NCBI RefSeq assembly: GCF_009914755.1
Contig: NC_060945.1
Strand: one strand, 5' to 3'
Length of the DNA: 64,000 nucleotides
Source: the human T2T-CHM13v2.0 reference genome, Homo sapiens
Shown: positions 28,128-42,243 of the stretch, in pieces
Numbering within the stretch: position 1 is the first letter of the stretch
Layout: the number at the start of each line of letters is the position of its first letter
The notes under the pieces: model-generated
Told to the model about the DNA's origin: nothing
Databases searched by the model: none
The model's input: the letters and a program-made list of their open reading frames with translations, nothing else
Made by a program: the position numbers and the translations under genes

Positions 28128-28599
28128 GTGTATGAATTTATATCAAGTTTCCTCGAGTGAGGTAGACATACTTATTTTGTGCAAGGGATATATTTGACCT
28201 AAACATGCATAAAACATAGATATTCACTTTTAAACCACCAAAAAATATTACTAATTCCTCCTCCTTAATTGGCATTTCTTTTGTTATTCATATATGGAAT
28301 CTAAATCTACCATATAACCCTTGGCATAAATTCAGTCATATATTTGATCTCTTGAAATTCGAATGTGTGTAAGAATTGTCTCAATGTAAAAATGTAAGTT
28401 ATTTGTAAGAACTGTCTCAATGTAAAAAGGCTGTAAGTTATTTGGTGGCAAGGACAATGATTTTCGTTGTTGTTATTTGTCATTCTTTTCTAATTAATAG
28501 ATTTGAGTTCCCCAAATGCCACACTTCATTTTACCACCAGGCCTTTGCATGCAGTGTTTCCCCTGCCTGAAGCAGACAGTTCCTGCCTCTCATTCTCCA

Positions 28600-29161
28600 A
28601 GAAATTGAACTTCAAATATGGTAAAAGGATATTATGAGAAACTCTATACCAATAAATGTAACGATTTAGGTGAAATAAACACATTCCTTCACAATCACAT
28701 CTTACCAAAACTGACACACGAAGAAAGAGAAAATATAAACAGCTCCATATTTATCTTGGAAATTGAATCTGTCAATATAAATATAAATAAAAATATAAAT
28801 TTTCCCACAAAGAAAACTTCAGGTTCAAATGACTTCACCTGTGAGCTTTTTCTTAATATAAAGAAGAAATAATGTCAATATTACAAGAACCCTCTAGAGA
28901 TAAGACAAAATTCAGCTTAACCTGGACACTAAAATCTGCAAGAGCATTACAAGATGAGGAATTATAACAAAATTCATTTCTTAGATTACAAAATTCTGAG
29001 CAAATTATTTGCAAACTGAATCTAGTAATGTATAGAAAAGGAAATCACATTATGATAAATTTGAATTTATCCTAGGAATGCAAAGTTGGAATAATATTAG
29101 AAGATCAATTAATATGATTAACCACATCAACAGATTAAAGATAAAATAATCATATAGTAAA

Positions 29162-29244
<83 letters not shown>

Positions 29245-29560
29245 TCCTTCCAATAGATGCAGAAAAACAATTAGATAAAATTCAATGTTCATTCACTTTA
29301 AAAAAAAAAAAAAGACTTTTAACCAACTGGGAATAGAAAGGGCCCTTCTGAACCTATTTAAAAAACTATAGTAAATATAGTACTTCATGGTAAAACATTG
29401 AAAGATTTTCTTGGGAAATCAGGAAAAAGATTCAGGTGCATTATTACTTCTGTCAACATTATAGCAGATATTCCAGCAAGTGACAGAAAAAGTGCAAAGA
29501 AAATAAATAAAAATTATTATCAAAAAAAACACAACTTTTATTATTCCCAGGTTGTATGTT
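28600..29560 (+). mobile_element. Old L1 ORF2 remnant
   Basis: aaaggatattatgagaaactctatacc...; ORF 28618-28872 translates to degenerate L1 ORF2 (KGYYEKLYTNK...). Confidence 0.8.
29167..29242. repeat. (AT)n(AG)n compound microsatellite
   Basis: Directly visible. Confidence 0.97.
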
Positions 29561-29686
29561 ATGTATGATTTAAGCATCTACATTCATGAGTAAATTTGGG
29601 ATGGAACTTTCCTTTCTCATTCTTGTTAGATCTAATATCAAGTTTATAATAGCTAACTTTTTCAATTCTATGGAATAGTTTATGTC

Positions 29687-30242
29687 TATATTAACCATGT
29701 CTCTCATTTTCTGTGTCCTGATGTTTTGACATCTGAGGCTTTGCTAAGCCTGGAGGGACTGCTCCTCCCCCAATTTGTCTATTCCTAGAGATAGTAAACA
29801 AGGCATCCATGAGATTGCCTTTCAGATGCAAACCAACGAATCGAGAGCCCATAACCCCCAACCACTGCTGCCTTGGCTGGGCTCTCACGCTCTAGGCCAC
29901 TATCCATCTCCCCTGATCACCCCATAGCTAAGCACCAAACAAGTAGGGAAGCCCCTGTGCTTCAGAGCCCACTGAAATTATTCAAACTTGCCACTTCTAA
30001 ACCTGTTCACCCTGCCTCACCCATTACTTTTTACAGAAGCCACAAAAGGTTCTTGCTGAAGTTTCTCCCTCTTCCTCTGCCTCCTGACCAACCCCTGTGC
30101 TTTCCTGTGTGGCCCACAACAGTGTGGCATGACCCCTTCTCTTGAGATCTGTGAGTAATAAAGTATCTGTTCAATGGCAGTCACCTCCTAACCTGTTGAC
30201 CTTGCCATACCTAAATAATAATAAAAACTCTATCTCAAGACA
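29687..30242 (+). mobile_element. ERVL solo LTR (MER54/MER74-like)
   Basis: ttttgacatctgaggctttgctaagcctggagggactgctcctccc...ttcctagagatagtaaac...gtgagtaataaa...tcaagaca; TSD atgtc/atgta. Confidence 0.7.
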
Positions 30243-30539
30243 ATGTAAAATTAAAATTATTTGTAGAACTTACCTATAAGTTCTACAAATAACCTGAAGA
30301 TTTTCTGCATAAGAAGATTTTTCATATCCGCTTTTTATGTTTTTAGAATTATTTATAATTAAGTATTATTTCTTTCTAAGACAATAGTAAGTGATATTGT
30401 TCTAGTGATATGCTGCTTTAGCTGCCTTCCTCAAGTTTTATGATGGAGTATTTTTGTTTTCTAAATACTTTAATTTTCCAGCATTTTCTTTGTTTCATTT
30501 TCTAACCCTTTGATTTTGTAAACATTTTTTTAATTTCCA

Positions 30540-31670
30540 TAATTATTCCTTTACACTCTCGTCTGAAGAAATCTCATCCAACACCCTGATTTTAAACACC
30601 AACTAAAGGCCAATGATCCCTAATTTCACACCCTCAGCTCCTGAGCTCTAGATATGTAAATCAAACATCCTACTTAATATTTGCATCCAAATGCCTAATA
30701 AGTATTCACAGACTTCATGGCAAGCAACATGCCTGATTTCTATTCAGAAGGTCCTTTCCCTCAGGCTACTTCTTTCCAATCACCCATTTGTCAAAAATGT
30801 GGAGCCATAATCAATTTTTCCTTTCTCCTTCATCCTTACAACTTACAACTCACAAGTCCTGTCACCTCCAGCCCTACAGCATCTCCCTGGCCTGTTCACC
30901 CGCCTTCCCCCTCCACTGTGGTCATCCTGGTCTAAACACCTGTCACCTCTTACCAACATACCTGCCTTGCCTCCCAGCTAGAGTCCCTGCCTCTCCCTTT
31001 ACCACACACCACTCATTCTCCCCACAGTGGGTAGAATCATCCAGACCCTATCTCTGTCCTGTTTAAAACCTCCAAGTGTAGCCCATCAAACCCCTTTACC
31101 AACACCCATTAGAACTGGCCCTTGTCTCCCTCACCTTGCATGATTTTTCTCTTTGTTTTTAGACTTCAGCCACACTGTCCTTTTCATTTTAATACAAATC
31201 CTTTAGGGCCTTTTATGCCCAAATTTCTCTTGGCCCAGAAGGTTCTTGACCAAACATTTTTCCTTTATCTGTATCTCAGATAGGTCTTCCCTGGTCATTC
31301 AGTCTAAAATGAACTCCTTTCCTGCAGTCCCCAATTGTTTTAGAGATGGGTATATTGCCAACACTGGCCTTGAACTCCTGGGCTCAAGCAATCCTCATGC
31401 CTCAGCCTCCAAAGTAGCTGGGATGACAGGCATGGGCCACTGCACCTGACCTGCATCTCCTTTTTTCATTACATCACTGTTTTATTTTATATTTTTTCTA
31501 TTGTACTTATTGCAACCCCAAATTATCTTATGTCTTTTTGTTGTACTTTCCTATAACCTGTTTCCATAAGAGCCAAAAGTCTTGACTAATTTTTCACTGC
31601 TTTAGCTTAGGATGATACCTGGCACACAATAGATGCTCACTATAATGGCTTGAATGAAGAATTAATAAAT
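30540..31670 (+). mobile_element. L2 element (interrupted by an Alu monomer)
   Basis: Degenerate L2 ending cctggcacacaatagatgctca...tgaatgaagaat. Confidence 0.65.
31338..31452 (-). mobile_element. FLAM / Alu monomer
   Basis: tagagatggg...ttgaactcctgggctcaagcaatcctcatgcctcagcctcc. Confidence 0.8.
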
Positions 31671-32509
31671 GGACATGAGAATATACTCATGACGGGCCGT
31701 GACAGGTGTTTGAGAAAATAGTTTGAGACCATGTGCTGCAGAGCCTGTGTTGGTTAAGGGATGGTGAGAAACAGGTGGGTGCCTAAGTACTCAACGAAAG
31801 AGTCAGGTAGGAAGGAACATGGACACTGTCATTACCTTTGACTTCTCCAGCCTTTGAGCTAAGATTCCTTGTCAGGCTGAAGGCTTGCAGTGCAGTTGCC
31901 TCTTGTTTGAAATTTAGTCACCAGTACTGTGAGACTCAAATAAGCAGTGGGGAATATTGTAATAAGTGACTATTCTAAACTCTAGGGAAATCCAAAAACA
32001 GAATTCAAGTCTTCCTTAAAAGAAACGAGGACATCTTAGGAAATGAGGTCTTTAAGATAAATATCACTAAGCATCAATTTGGGCATTATCCGAATTCTGA
32101 CATCACAAGTGAAAACAACTTCAACTCCACTTAAAGAGATGTCAGATTCAGGCAGTTTTACAACAGGAAATGGAAAAAGGTTAAGGCTTTAACTTGATTC
32201 AGATGTCATTTGATATATATACATAGGAAATTAGGTCACTGAAAATAATTTTTTCAATCGAGAAATTTACAGCCCAGAATAAAATGATGTTTTAATCCAT
32301 TTTAGCCAGTGTTCCTTATCATTTAGCTGGTGATGTGTTATCCTGCACTGACTACTTAAAAGCTACAAACAATGGAAAATTCGAAAAAGATCGCTATGCT
32401 TGTTTCTGCTACTAGCATTTTAATGACAGTAAATTTAAGCTATTGAGCACAGCTATTTTCTTGAAAAAAAAATGGTGACTGCCATCCATTAAGACGTGTG
32501 TGACCAAGA

Positions 32510-32785
<276 letters not shown>

Positions 32786-35700
32786 TCAGTTTACGAAGCA
32801 AACTACCTCTGGGGAAGCAAGCCAAAAAAGTGTGGATGAAACCCTATATCTACGCAAGCAATCAAGATCCAACTCAAATATCACCTTCTACGTGAACACT
32901 TGCTACTCCTCTTAAGAAGGATTATCATTCCTCCCTCTGTTTATCAATGTATAAATCTCTATTCTTATACACACTTCATTAGATAATAAATCAGTCTCCC
33001 ACACTCAACTGTCAGCTTCTTAAAAACAGAAAACCTTTTTTAATCAACTTTGAATCCCCAGCTCCCAATAGTGTCAAGCATTCAAGAAAGATTTACTGAA
33101 AAAGCAAAGTAAACACGTATTTAAGTGAGGATCTCCTATATAACAAGTGTTGATCATTGTCTCATTAGTAATAATTTTTTTAATCCAATCTATTCCTGCC
33201 CTTAAATACCTTATGCTCTGGTTCTGGGTTCTAAAGGGGAGGGGGCCTGCTTTCCATTTATAACCCTGCCTTCACCCACCTCACTTTGTCAGGAGCATAA
33301 TAGCAACCTGCCTGTATTTTCTCTGGCACAAGTTGCTTATATTCCAAGTCAACACACACAGTCCTAATAATAAAGAACAAGGAATTGTGTCACATCGTCT
33401 CAAAACTTGACTACTCCTAAAGTCCTTTTAAAATTAAAGAAAATGTCCATGAAATTCCAAACCGTTTTCTAACGCAAGAATCTGATTCAAGTAATGCTAA
33501 AGAACAGGCTTGCAACATTTTTTAAAGAAAGGAAAATTTTAAATATAGCATGTGCAAGTCACTATACTAATTTACTTAGGAAACATGTCTAGTAAAGAGT
33601 GGCTTCTAGCATAACTTATACATTTAATATGTCCAGCTATAAATCAAAACCACTCACCACAGAGTTTTTCTATAGACATTGTCCCACTCCCCATTAATTT
33701 TGCTGACCGGAATTTCAGTGGAAGATTAAGCAGTTAATTTTTCAAGTAGTAGCACAAGCTCTCTTTTCTCTTAATGGAAGATGGTGAGAGAAAAGTGTTT
33801 TCCACATTTCTGGCCTATATGTGGAGAAGAAACAGTCTGGTTTTACCAGGTTGCAAAAATAATGCTCCTATTTGGATAGGTTTTCTTTATTTACCATATC
33901 CATCTGTAGAAGTTGAGAATTTTCTTATTCAAGGGAATTATAAAATATATATTTTACATGTATTTTATTTATGGGAATACATAGAAATAAATACATATTT
34001 TATATGTATTTTGTTTATTATGTATTTATATATGGGGAAAATCTGCTATACTAGAGATATGTAAGTCATGCCATCTTAATTGTGAGATATAGTTGTGATT
34101 TGAAATATTATGTTCCATTTTCCCCACAAGAATACTCAGACCTATCACACATTGAGTTTTGGTATTTGCTTTGGATAATAAGGACCCTGTAATGATCACA
34201 CTGTGTCACCCAAAGTGACATACAATAAATGGGTGTTACAACACAACCTTCCTCTTGGGAGTTAGTTCTGTTCTTTAACTCTGATTTTATAAGCAGCCTC
34301 ACTCTACTTTAACTCTTTTAAAAAGCTACTTAACCAGGTATTTCCCACCAGGCAGTCTTAAAGATTATTGTGAGCTTGCCTACAATATAAAATTCTGTGG
34401 TAGTGTTGATAGATATTTCCTAATCCCAATAATCAGCAAGTGCCTCTTAAATACCTTATGCTAAATATTATGTCTTGTATTAATATTAATGCCAATTTTT
34501 CTAAATTGTTTTCCTAAATCATGTGACAAGCATTCCAAAAAGGATGTCTTGCAGAAAGAGAACACAGAAGTACAGCTTACAAAGAAAATAAAGAAATACG
34601 TAGATTCTGCTTTCAATTTATTCAAAATATACTGTTCTTTCCAGTTAAAGAAGAAAATGATTACATATTCCGTTATCTTGAAATAATTAAAAGGTCATCA
34701 ATTTTCTGTCACAGATGTGATATGGTTTAATTACATTCTATAAATGTATTGACCAGGCCATCAGGGGAGGCCGTCTTGCTGAGAGGTTATTATCTTAACA
34801 ACAAAGTGATGTCCATTGAGTGGGCTAGAAGTATGTATATAGAGATTTGTGTACATGTGTGGATTCAAAATGACTGAAAAACTGGGAATGACCGAGTTGG
34901 CTGGAACCAAAGACAGCATGAGATTTACTCATGTTTTCCTAAGATAAAATAAAATATTTATTCATAGAAATACAGAATTTGCTTACATTAATAAATTTTT
35001 CCCTGTGCAAGAACTTTTATCCATATCAGACTAACTATTGAAACTGAGCAAAGAAAATGGCAGACAAAAATGCAATTAAATAGAGCATCTCTCAAAGTAA
35101 TCACATTTTCAATTTCCCCTATTCTATTTTAAAACAGTTAGAAGAAACAAGTCTCCACATGGATTGGAAAGCTAAAGGATTCGTGCTGGTATCACCCAAT
35201 CATGTGTCTCCCCCAGCTAGGAAAGCCCTACATACGAAGTCGCTTGGAAAAAACAGAAATGGTAGCTTCCGCCATGCCTCTACTTACTCCAGGATTCCAT
35301 CCAATAAGCTCTACTGCAAAAAAGACGGTGGACTACAAAGTCCATGCATCCTACGTTAGGCCAGCACCCACAATGGCTGCTCCCTGAAGCTGCACAAATG
35401 CAGGTATATAGTTCCACTTATGTGTTGCAAGCTTCTTCCTCTTGCTTATCTGATCTTATCTGATCCCAGCAGATTCCAGCTTCTGCACACAGCCATAGTG
35501 ATTCCCATAGTCTAGGGTGGCACCCATATTAGAGTATATTTTGAAAGCTCCTAGGGATTATTCTAAAGTGCAATAAAGTTGAAAACCATAGCATTCCATG
35601 CTGCTGACTCCAGCCTTTCCGGAATCCTTATATGCCTCTCCCTAAGTGAGCCCCTCTCCAAGTGTATTTTGTTTGTTCCCTAGTTTGCATATCCTGCTTT

Positions 35701-36460
35701 CTGCAACACCTTTCAAGGCTGAGACTGATCTTTAAATCACTACAAACTTAGCCCAGCCTTTTGCAGACCGTCAATATCCTGATAAATAAATAAACGGGTA
35801 AGATGTTGAATAAATGGCTCCACATTACTAGTCTTCTGTTTTCTATTCAGAAAAGTGAATATATTCTCCTCCTACCCACAAAGATATTGGAAAAGTAAAT
35901 TGCGTTTAAGGAACGCATTTTTTCAAACAAATGTATGCCATATAGAGCAATAGTATTGTTAACTTCTAAGAAGGTATGTTCACTTTCATGTGATCGAATA
36001 GGAAAGCTGCAGATAGGATGTTTAGTAAAAACTTTTATCAATTTACTCATTCAAGCCTCTCTCATGAACTCATTCCTTTTCAATGTATGGCTTTCAGCCA
36101 TCATCCTGGAAGTAACTTCTATAAAGTAGAATTGGCTGTAGCGATTTTGAATTCCTCTCACAGAGACAGATAAATGATGAGCTAAATTTCATTTCACTTA
36201 TGAATGAGACTGGAACGTGAAGATGTGTACCCAGAGGGTCACATAAAAGATTATGTGAGAAGTCAGTCCTGCTCCTAGATCCTGAGCTGGATCAAACTCT
36301 AAAGAGCAAAACAAAATCAGAAGGCACTGTTGATACTAACTCAGCAGCCAAGTCTTGAAGACGCAAAACCCAGACTGCCCCAAAAGAGAGAATACTGTAT
36401 ACCGTGCTTGAAGGGTACTCTGGCTAACCATGCTATTGCCATTGGGATATGGAAAATAGC

Positions 36461-36973
36461 AGTATTCCCTTCCAATTGCAGCTGTAACAAATGACCACAA
36501 ATTTAGTGGCAAAAAAAAAAAAAAAACCCAGAACATAAACATCCCAGAGATTAATTCCCTTACAGTCCTAGAGATCAGAAGCCCAATGTAAGTCTCAGGT
36601 AGCTCACATTGAGATGTCAGCAGAGCTGCCTCTTTCTGAAAGATCCAGGGGAGAATTCGTTCCTTGCTTCTGCCAGCAACTGAGGGCAGCAGGCAGTCCT
36701 GAGCTCCTGGCCACATGGCTCCAATCTCTGCCTCCATGGTCACACGGCCTTCTCCTCTCTTGTAGTCAAGTCTTCCTTTGCCTCCCCCTTGTAAGGACCT
36801 TTAGGATTGCATTCAGGGCCCGCCCCGATAATCCAGGATAATTTCTCCTTCTCAAGATCCTTAGCTTAATCACATCTGCAAAATCCCAAGTCCCTATTGC
36901 CATGCAAGGTAATATACATGGGTTCTCGAGATTAGGTATAGACATCTTTGACGGCCATTATTCAGCCAATTAC
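36461..36973 (-). mobile_element. MLT1D/E-like MaLR LTR
   Basis: gctgtaacaaatgaccacaaatttagtggc...gataatccaggataatttc...ggccattattcagcc. Confidence 0.8.
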
Positions 36974-37507
36974 AGACACATCATCAGATAAAAATAAGGT
37001 GTGCCAAAAATAACTATAATACAAGGCTGCAAGTAAAGATGTTCTAAGAGAAGTACAGATGGAACCACGTGGAAGTGAGAGAGAGGATGAGTCTTTCCCA
37101 CCAAGAAGGGTCAGGGAAAGCTCTGAGGGCTACAGGACATCATCTGGTTTTGAGAGACTGGAAGAATTCAGAAAGATTAAAACTCAAAACATTAAGTAAA
37201 AAAATCGATAGTCAATACTCACCCCTCCCATGAGGCACACACATCCAAAATAAAACAAAACAGCTTTTTAAAAAAGAATGATGTTGGGAGAATTGTGGAC
37301 TTGTCAGCCAGTAACCAACGGTAAAAATTGATAGTAAGTAAGATGCTCTAATTCTGGAATCAACAGAACAAAATAATCAAGAAATAAGGTATCTTATAAA
37401 TAAAAAATAAATATAATGGATGGTTTTTATTTTATTTTTAAGAAATATTTCAAACGAATGAAAAAGGGGTAAACCATTTCATAAACAGCCTTGGAGTGGG
37501 CAACTGA

Positions 37508-37510
<3 letters not shown>

Positions 37511-37549
<39 letters not shown>

Positions 37550-37844
37550 CGTGTGTGTGTATACATATACACACACATACGCATATGTATGTATATATAC
37601 ACATACATATATATACACATACATATATATGTATATATACACATATATGTATGTGTATATATGTATATATACGTGTGTATACATATATGTATATGTGTGT
37701 ATACATATATGTATGTGTGTACATATATGTATATATATGTGTGTGTACACATATGTATATATGTGTGTATATACATATATGTATATATGTGTGTATATAT
37801 ACACACACATACACACACACACATATATGCACACATACATATAT
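37511..37844. repeat. ~330-bp alternating purine-pyrimidine (TG/TA/CA) microsatellite
   Basis: Directly visible; source of six spurious ORFs. Confidence 0.97.
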
Positions 37845-38079
37845 TTAGATTAGAATCAATCAACAAAATAAGTTCCAAGGGAATTTAAAAATTAAATGTG
37901 AAACATCAACATATAAGAAATCAAGAAAAAATAGATATGTTTACCATCACTGGAGGAGGTACAATTTATTAAACTTAGAATAAAAACATTAACATATTTA
38001 ACTGTGTTATAAATGTAAGCTTCTGTTCTTCCAAAAATAAATAGAAGCAAATTAAAAGGCATTTTATTTGGGGGGAAAT

Positions 38080-38800
38080 AGAGGAGATATTACATAGACA
38101 AAGTACTAATATTCTTAAAAAGCTTAATCAGACTGAGTTTTAAAATACTGAAGCCTCAATAGATAAACTGGCAAAGGATGTGAATAGGCAATTTCCAAAA
38201 AGGAAACTCTAAACAATCAGCAAATGTGTGGAAAACACTTTCCTTCACCAGCAATCAAAGAATGACACATTAAAATAAAAATGAAGTAACATTTGACCTC
38301 TATCAAATTAACCAGATATTTTTTTAGAAAGATCATGATCACCACCACTGCTGAGGGCACTGTGAAAGGGTACTCTACAATATTGCTAATATTTTGATAT
38401 AATCCTTTTGGAAAGCAATTTGGCAAAGAGCCTTACGATGTTTATTTTCTCCAATGCAGTACTTACACTTTTGAGAATGGAGCCCAAAATAATCCTGACT
38501 ATTGAGAGGCATTATTTTTAATAGCAAAAAAATTCAGAAGTAATCTAAATCCCAGACAAAAAAGTAATAGCTACACAAATCCCATATGTTCACTCCATTG
38601 GTTATTATTTAACTTTTTAAAAATTATATTTAGAAAGAATGTGCAAATATGGAAAATATATGTCAATGTTAAAAAGCAAGAAAAAATATTGTATTCATAA
38701 TATTTCTACTTAGATTTTTTGTAAAATAAATATTAGAAGCACATATAAGAAAATACTGTGTTATGTCTGTCTCTAGATAGTGAAACCATGAATGATTATA
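38080..38800 (+). mobile_element. Old L1 (L1ME-like) remnant
   Basis: ggcaaaggatgtgaataggcaattt, ttttggaaagcaatttggca motifs. Confidence 0.6.
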
Positions 38801-39751
38801 TAAATGTTACATATGCTTTTTAAATTCTCATTTTTTAATTCAAAGGCTTTCTTATCCTTTTGTTGTCATTGTCAAATGCTTACAGTATGTCACATAAAGC
38901 TTTATCTAAAACTAAATTTTTTAAATGACCAAAATTAAAGTTTTTCCTTCCATAAGATGTTCAAGAAATAATTTTTTATTTCTTTTTTGTAAATAATAAC
39001 TGGGTTTTGTATTTACTTTTTTGTTGCTGGTATCTAATAATGCAAGAATTATAGATTTGAGATTTCTCTCAAGAGAAAATCCAGACCTCTTTCCTTCTAA
39101 GAAAATTGTTATCTGCTACAGCATTTTAAATCTGCATTGATTATATCACAGCCATCATAAAGTGTTGCTACTTGCTCATAATAGCCCCCATAAACTTTAA
39201 GTTTCAAATAAGAAATGATGTGGTTTTGTAAAAAATCTAATCATGCTTTTTGGCAGATGTGTATCTCGAGATAAATGCTAAGTTGATTTCACGATTTTTA
39301 AAACACTCCCCAATATTAATATCATCTATGAGTATAATCTTATTAGCAATTAGCTTTTAAACTGTTTGTTCTTTGAAGGTAACATTTGCAAATCATTTGA
39401 AGAAATTCATCAAATGACTCCCCACTGTTGGATTTGGCAAAAATGGAGTTTAAAGTTGAGGGAAGGGGCAAGGAATGCAGGATCTAGGGATCTCGCCAAT
39501 TTGGGAACCAAAAACCAAAAGAGAAATTCAAGAAGGAGGTGCCAAGGCATATCCTGAGTCCTGGATCCTGAATCAGGGAGCCAGTTGGTGTTGAGAACCC
39601 AATGGAGCATTCTGTCCTGGAAACCAGACATGGAATACAGCTGAGAATGAGGTTTGCTTGGGGGATTTTAAGAAAAGGAATGCACTTTTGTTCCCTGGTG
39701 ATGTCCAGTCCTGCACCCTCTCCCTTCTGCTGGGCAAGAGCCACCCCGATT

Positions 39752-39889
39752 GTATCTTCTAAAAGAGTGCTGTGCAGCGAAACTTTCCATCATGGTGGGA
39801 ATGATCTATATCTGTGCTGTCCAATGAGGAGCCCCGAGCCACCTGTGGCTCAACTTGGAACATGGCTTGTGCAACTGAGAAACTGAATT
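39752..39889 (+). repeat. Inverted 138-bp copy of part of the adjacent MER3
   Basis: Ungapped reverse complement of 40211-40348 with 13 mismatches by manual count. Confidence 0.93.
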
Positions 39890-40123
39890 GAAGGCCGTCT
39901 TGGCCACTGAAGGAGCCCCATTCCCACAGAGCAGGAAGGCTGCCCTGGTCAAACATGATATTGCCTTTAGGATGCAGGGGAGCCTTTGAATAGCTTCTTT
40001 CAGTTCTCTTGCCTGGTTTCTAGCTGTGCTGGATCGGGGGGAGGCTGTGGCCTCCTGATCACTATGACATCCTAAAAACATTACCAGGCTTTACCTCACC
40101 ACAAACACCTCAACATTCTAGAA

Positions 40124-40335
40124 GAGCAATGACCACCAGTGCTGGAACCAATAGCCATATGTAGCTATTTAACTTTAAATTTAAATAAATTAAATTTAAA
40201 TAAAATTAAAAATTCAATTTCTCAGTTGCACAAGCCATATTTCAAGTTGAGCCACAGGTGGCTCGGGGCTCCGCATTGGACAGCACAGATACAGACCATT
40301 TCCGCCATAATGGAATGTTTCCCTGCACAGCACTC
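40124..40335 (-). mobile_element. MER3 (hAT-Charlie MITE)
   Basis: tagccatatgtagctattt...AT-rich core...attggacagcacagata...; probable 8-bp TSD ttctagaa/ttgtagaa. Confidence 0.8.
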
Positions 40336-41871
40336 TTGTAGAAGGTACCTGGTCTGGCAGATGCTGAGTGGGCCTAGTTTTCTCCTTTTCTAAGACACAG
40401 AAACATAGAGGGTCTGACTTAAAGAACCCCCACGGAAGAGGCCTAAGTGCTGTTAGCACTTAATTAATTAATTAAAATTTGCCTTCAGCCTCCTGTAAGA
40501 CAGACCCCCTGACTGTGGTCAGCAGTCGCACGCAGACTTTGTCATTTTGCTTACTGACCACACATTCTCATGGATCAATTCTAAATTGGATTATTGTTAG
40601 TTTTAAAAGCGCCTGAGCAGCAGAAAGCAGCCACGATGGCAGGCCAAGGGGAGATTGATAGCAGAATAAACAGGGAAAGTGACAAGATCCGAGGCTGAAT
40701 TGATCACTGTCAGCGCGTCCGTGGTCAGCTGTCTGCCCTTTAGTGCCCAAAGTAAACATCAGAATAATGTTTAGACAAACACATTTGATTTTTGAGGTAA
40801 TGGGTATGTCAACTAATGACAAACCTTAGAAAGGTCAAAGGGATATCCATTTTTCAGACTTTTTCAACCATTAATCGTTGATTTTGGTAGCAGTGCACTT
40901 CTAGGCAGAGCATAGAGGGAACTCTGGCGTGGGTGGGGACCAGGACAAACCTCCCTAGGATTCACCTGACCACCAACATTTTCCTCTATAATAAAATTTT
41001 GTTGGAAGCAGAGAGTTCATTCTTTAAAAATGGAAGCTTCACTGGATGCAGAATTTCAGTTGTCTAAAGAAAATCTGCAACAATCTTCTCAATCCTTCAA
41101 AGGGACATGGTCCATTAGCACCCACTAGAATTACATGGACCTTGCCTGTTACCAAAAACAAAACAAAGCATGGAAAATTGCTTTATCAGCAGCAGTTTAC
41201 CATTGAGGAACTTATGCTACTGTTCCAAAAATAAGATATCGTTGGTGAATCACGGGTACCCAAAATTACAATTTGGGTACAATTTATCATTGGCGGGGTC
41301 ATTTTTAATGCGATTTTTTTTTCTTTACACTACCATCCATTAACTGTGACTTGGGAGGCCAATCAGGATTGATGGCAACTATACTGAGAGCTCCAAAATT
41401 AACATGGTTTTTCTGATCGTGTAAGGCATTTTTCTTTTGCCCGCAGAGATGTGGCAGATGAAACCAGACGGGAATGGAATGTGGTCTAGAAATCGGCTTG
41501 CCTCTAGAAGGAGCTGAGTAGTACAACTCTGCTTCCCACAGAATATCATGGTGTGCGGGCATTTGCTTTGTTCATATCATAATCAATCAATCTGTTTAAA
41601 TAATGCCACTTACCAAAATGCTGGGACTCTCTAAAGTTCCTCAAGCACAGAAATGCACCCTGGAAGTCAGAGAAATGTGAAGAATGTATTTGGGTTGTAC
41701 CTATAAAACATGTGTAGCATGTACACCCCTCAGAGAAAATAGCATGATGGGAGAGAAAGCACAAAAACATATGGACGGCTGTTTCCTTAGCTGTGTACAA
41801 TCCCAGCAAACTTACTGCGGAAGGTGGGTACGTAGGAAATAAGTGTACATTTGAATACATTTGCAGGGTGG

Positions 41872-42243
41872 GTGGTGTCGGCTCAGGCTGCCATAACAAA
41901 ACACCCTAGACTGCATGGCGTAAACAACAGACAGTTATTTTCTCAGTTTTGGAGGCTGGAAGTCCAAGATTGAGGTGCCAGCATTGCTGAGTTTGAGTTC
42001 TAGTGAGGGCTGTCTTCCTAGCTTGTAAACAGATATTTACTTGACATAGGGGAAAGGAGAGAGTGAGATCTCTCTAAAGTCTCCTCTTCTAAAGGCACTA
42101 ATTCCATCATGAAGCCCCCACCTTCATGACCTCAATCTAAACCTTTGACTTTCCAAAGACCCCATCTCCAAATACCATCACATTGGGAGTCAGGTCTTCA
42201 GCACATGAATTGACAGTCAGAGGGACACAGTTCGGCCCATATT
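41872..42243 (-). mobile_element. MLT1A-like MaLR LTR
   Basis: gctgccataacaaaacaccctagactg...ggaggctggaagtccaagat...aataccatcacattggg. Confidence 0.85.

Noticed and set aside
37450-37888. Six overlapping 110-142 aa ORFs
   Set aside because: Artefact of a stop-free dinucleotide microsatellite.
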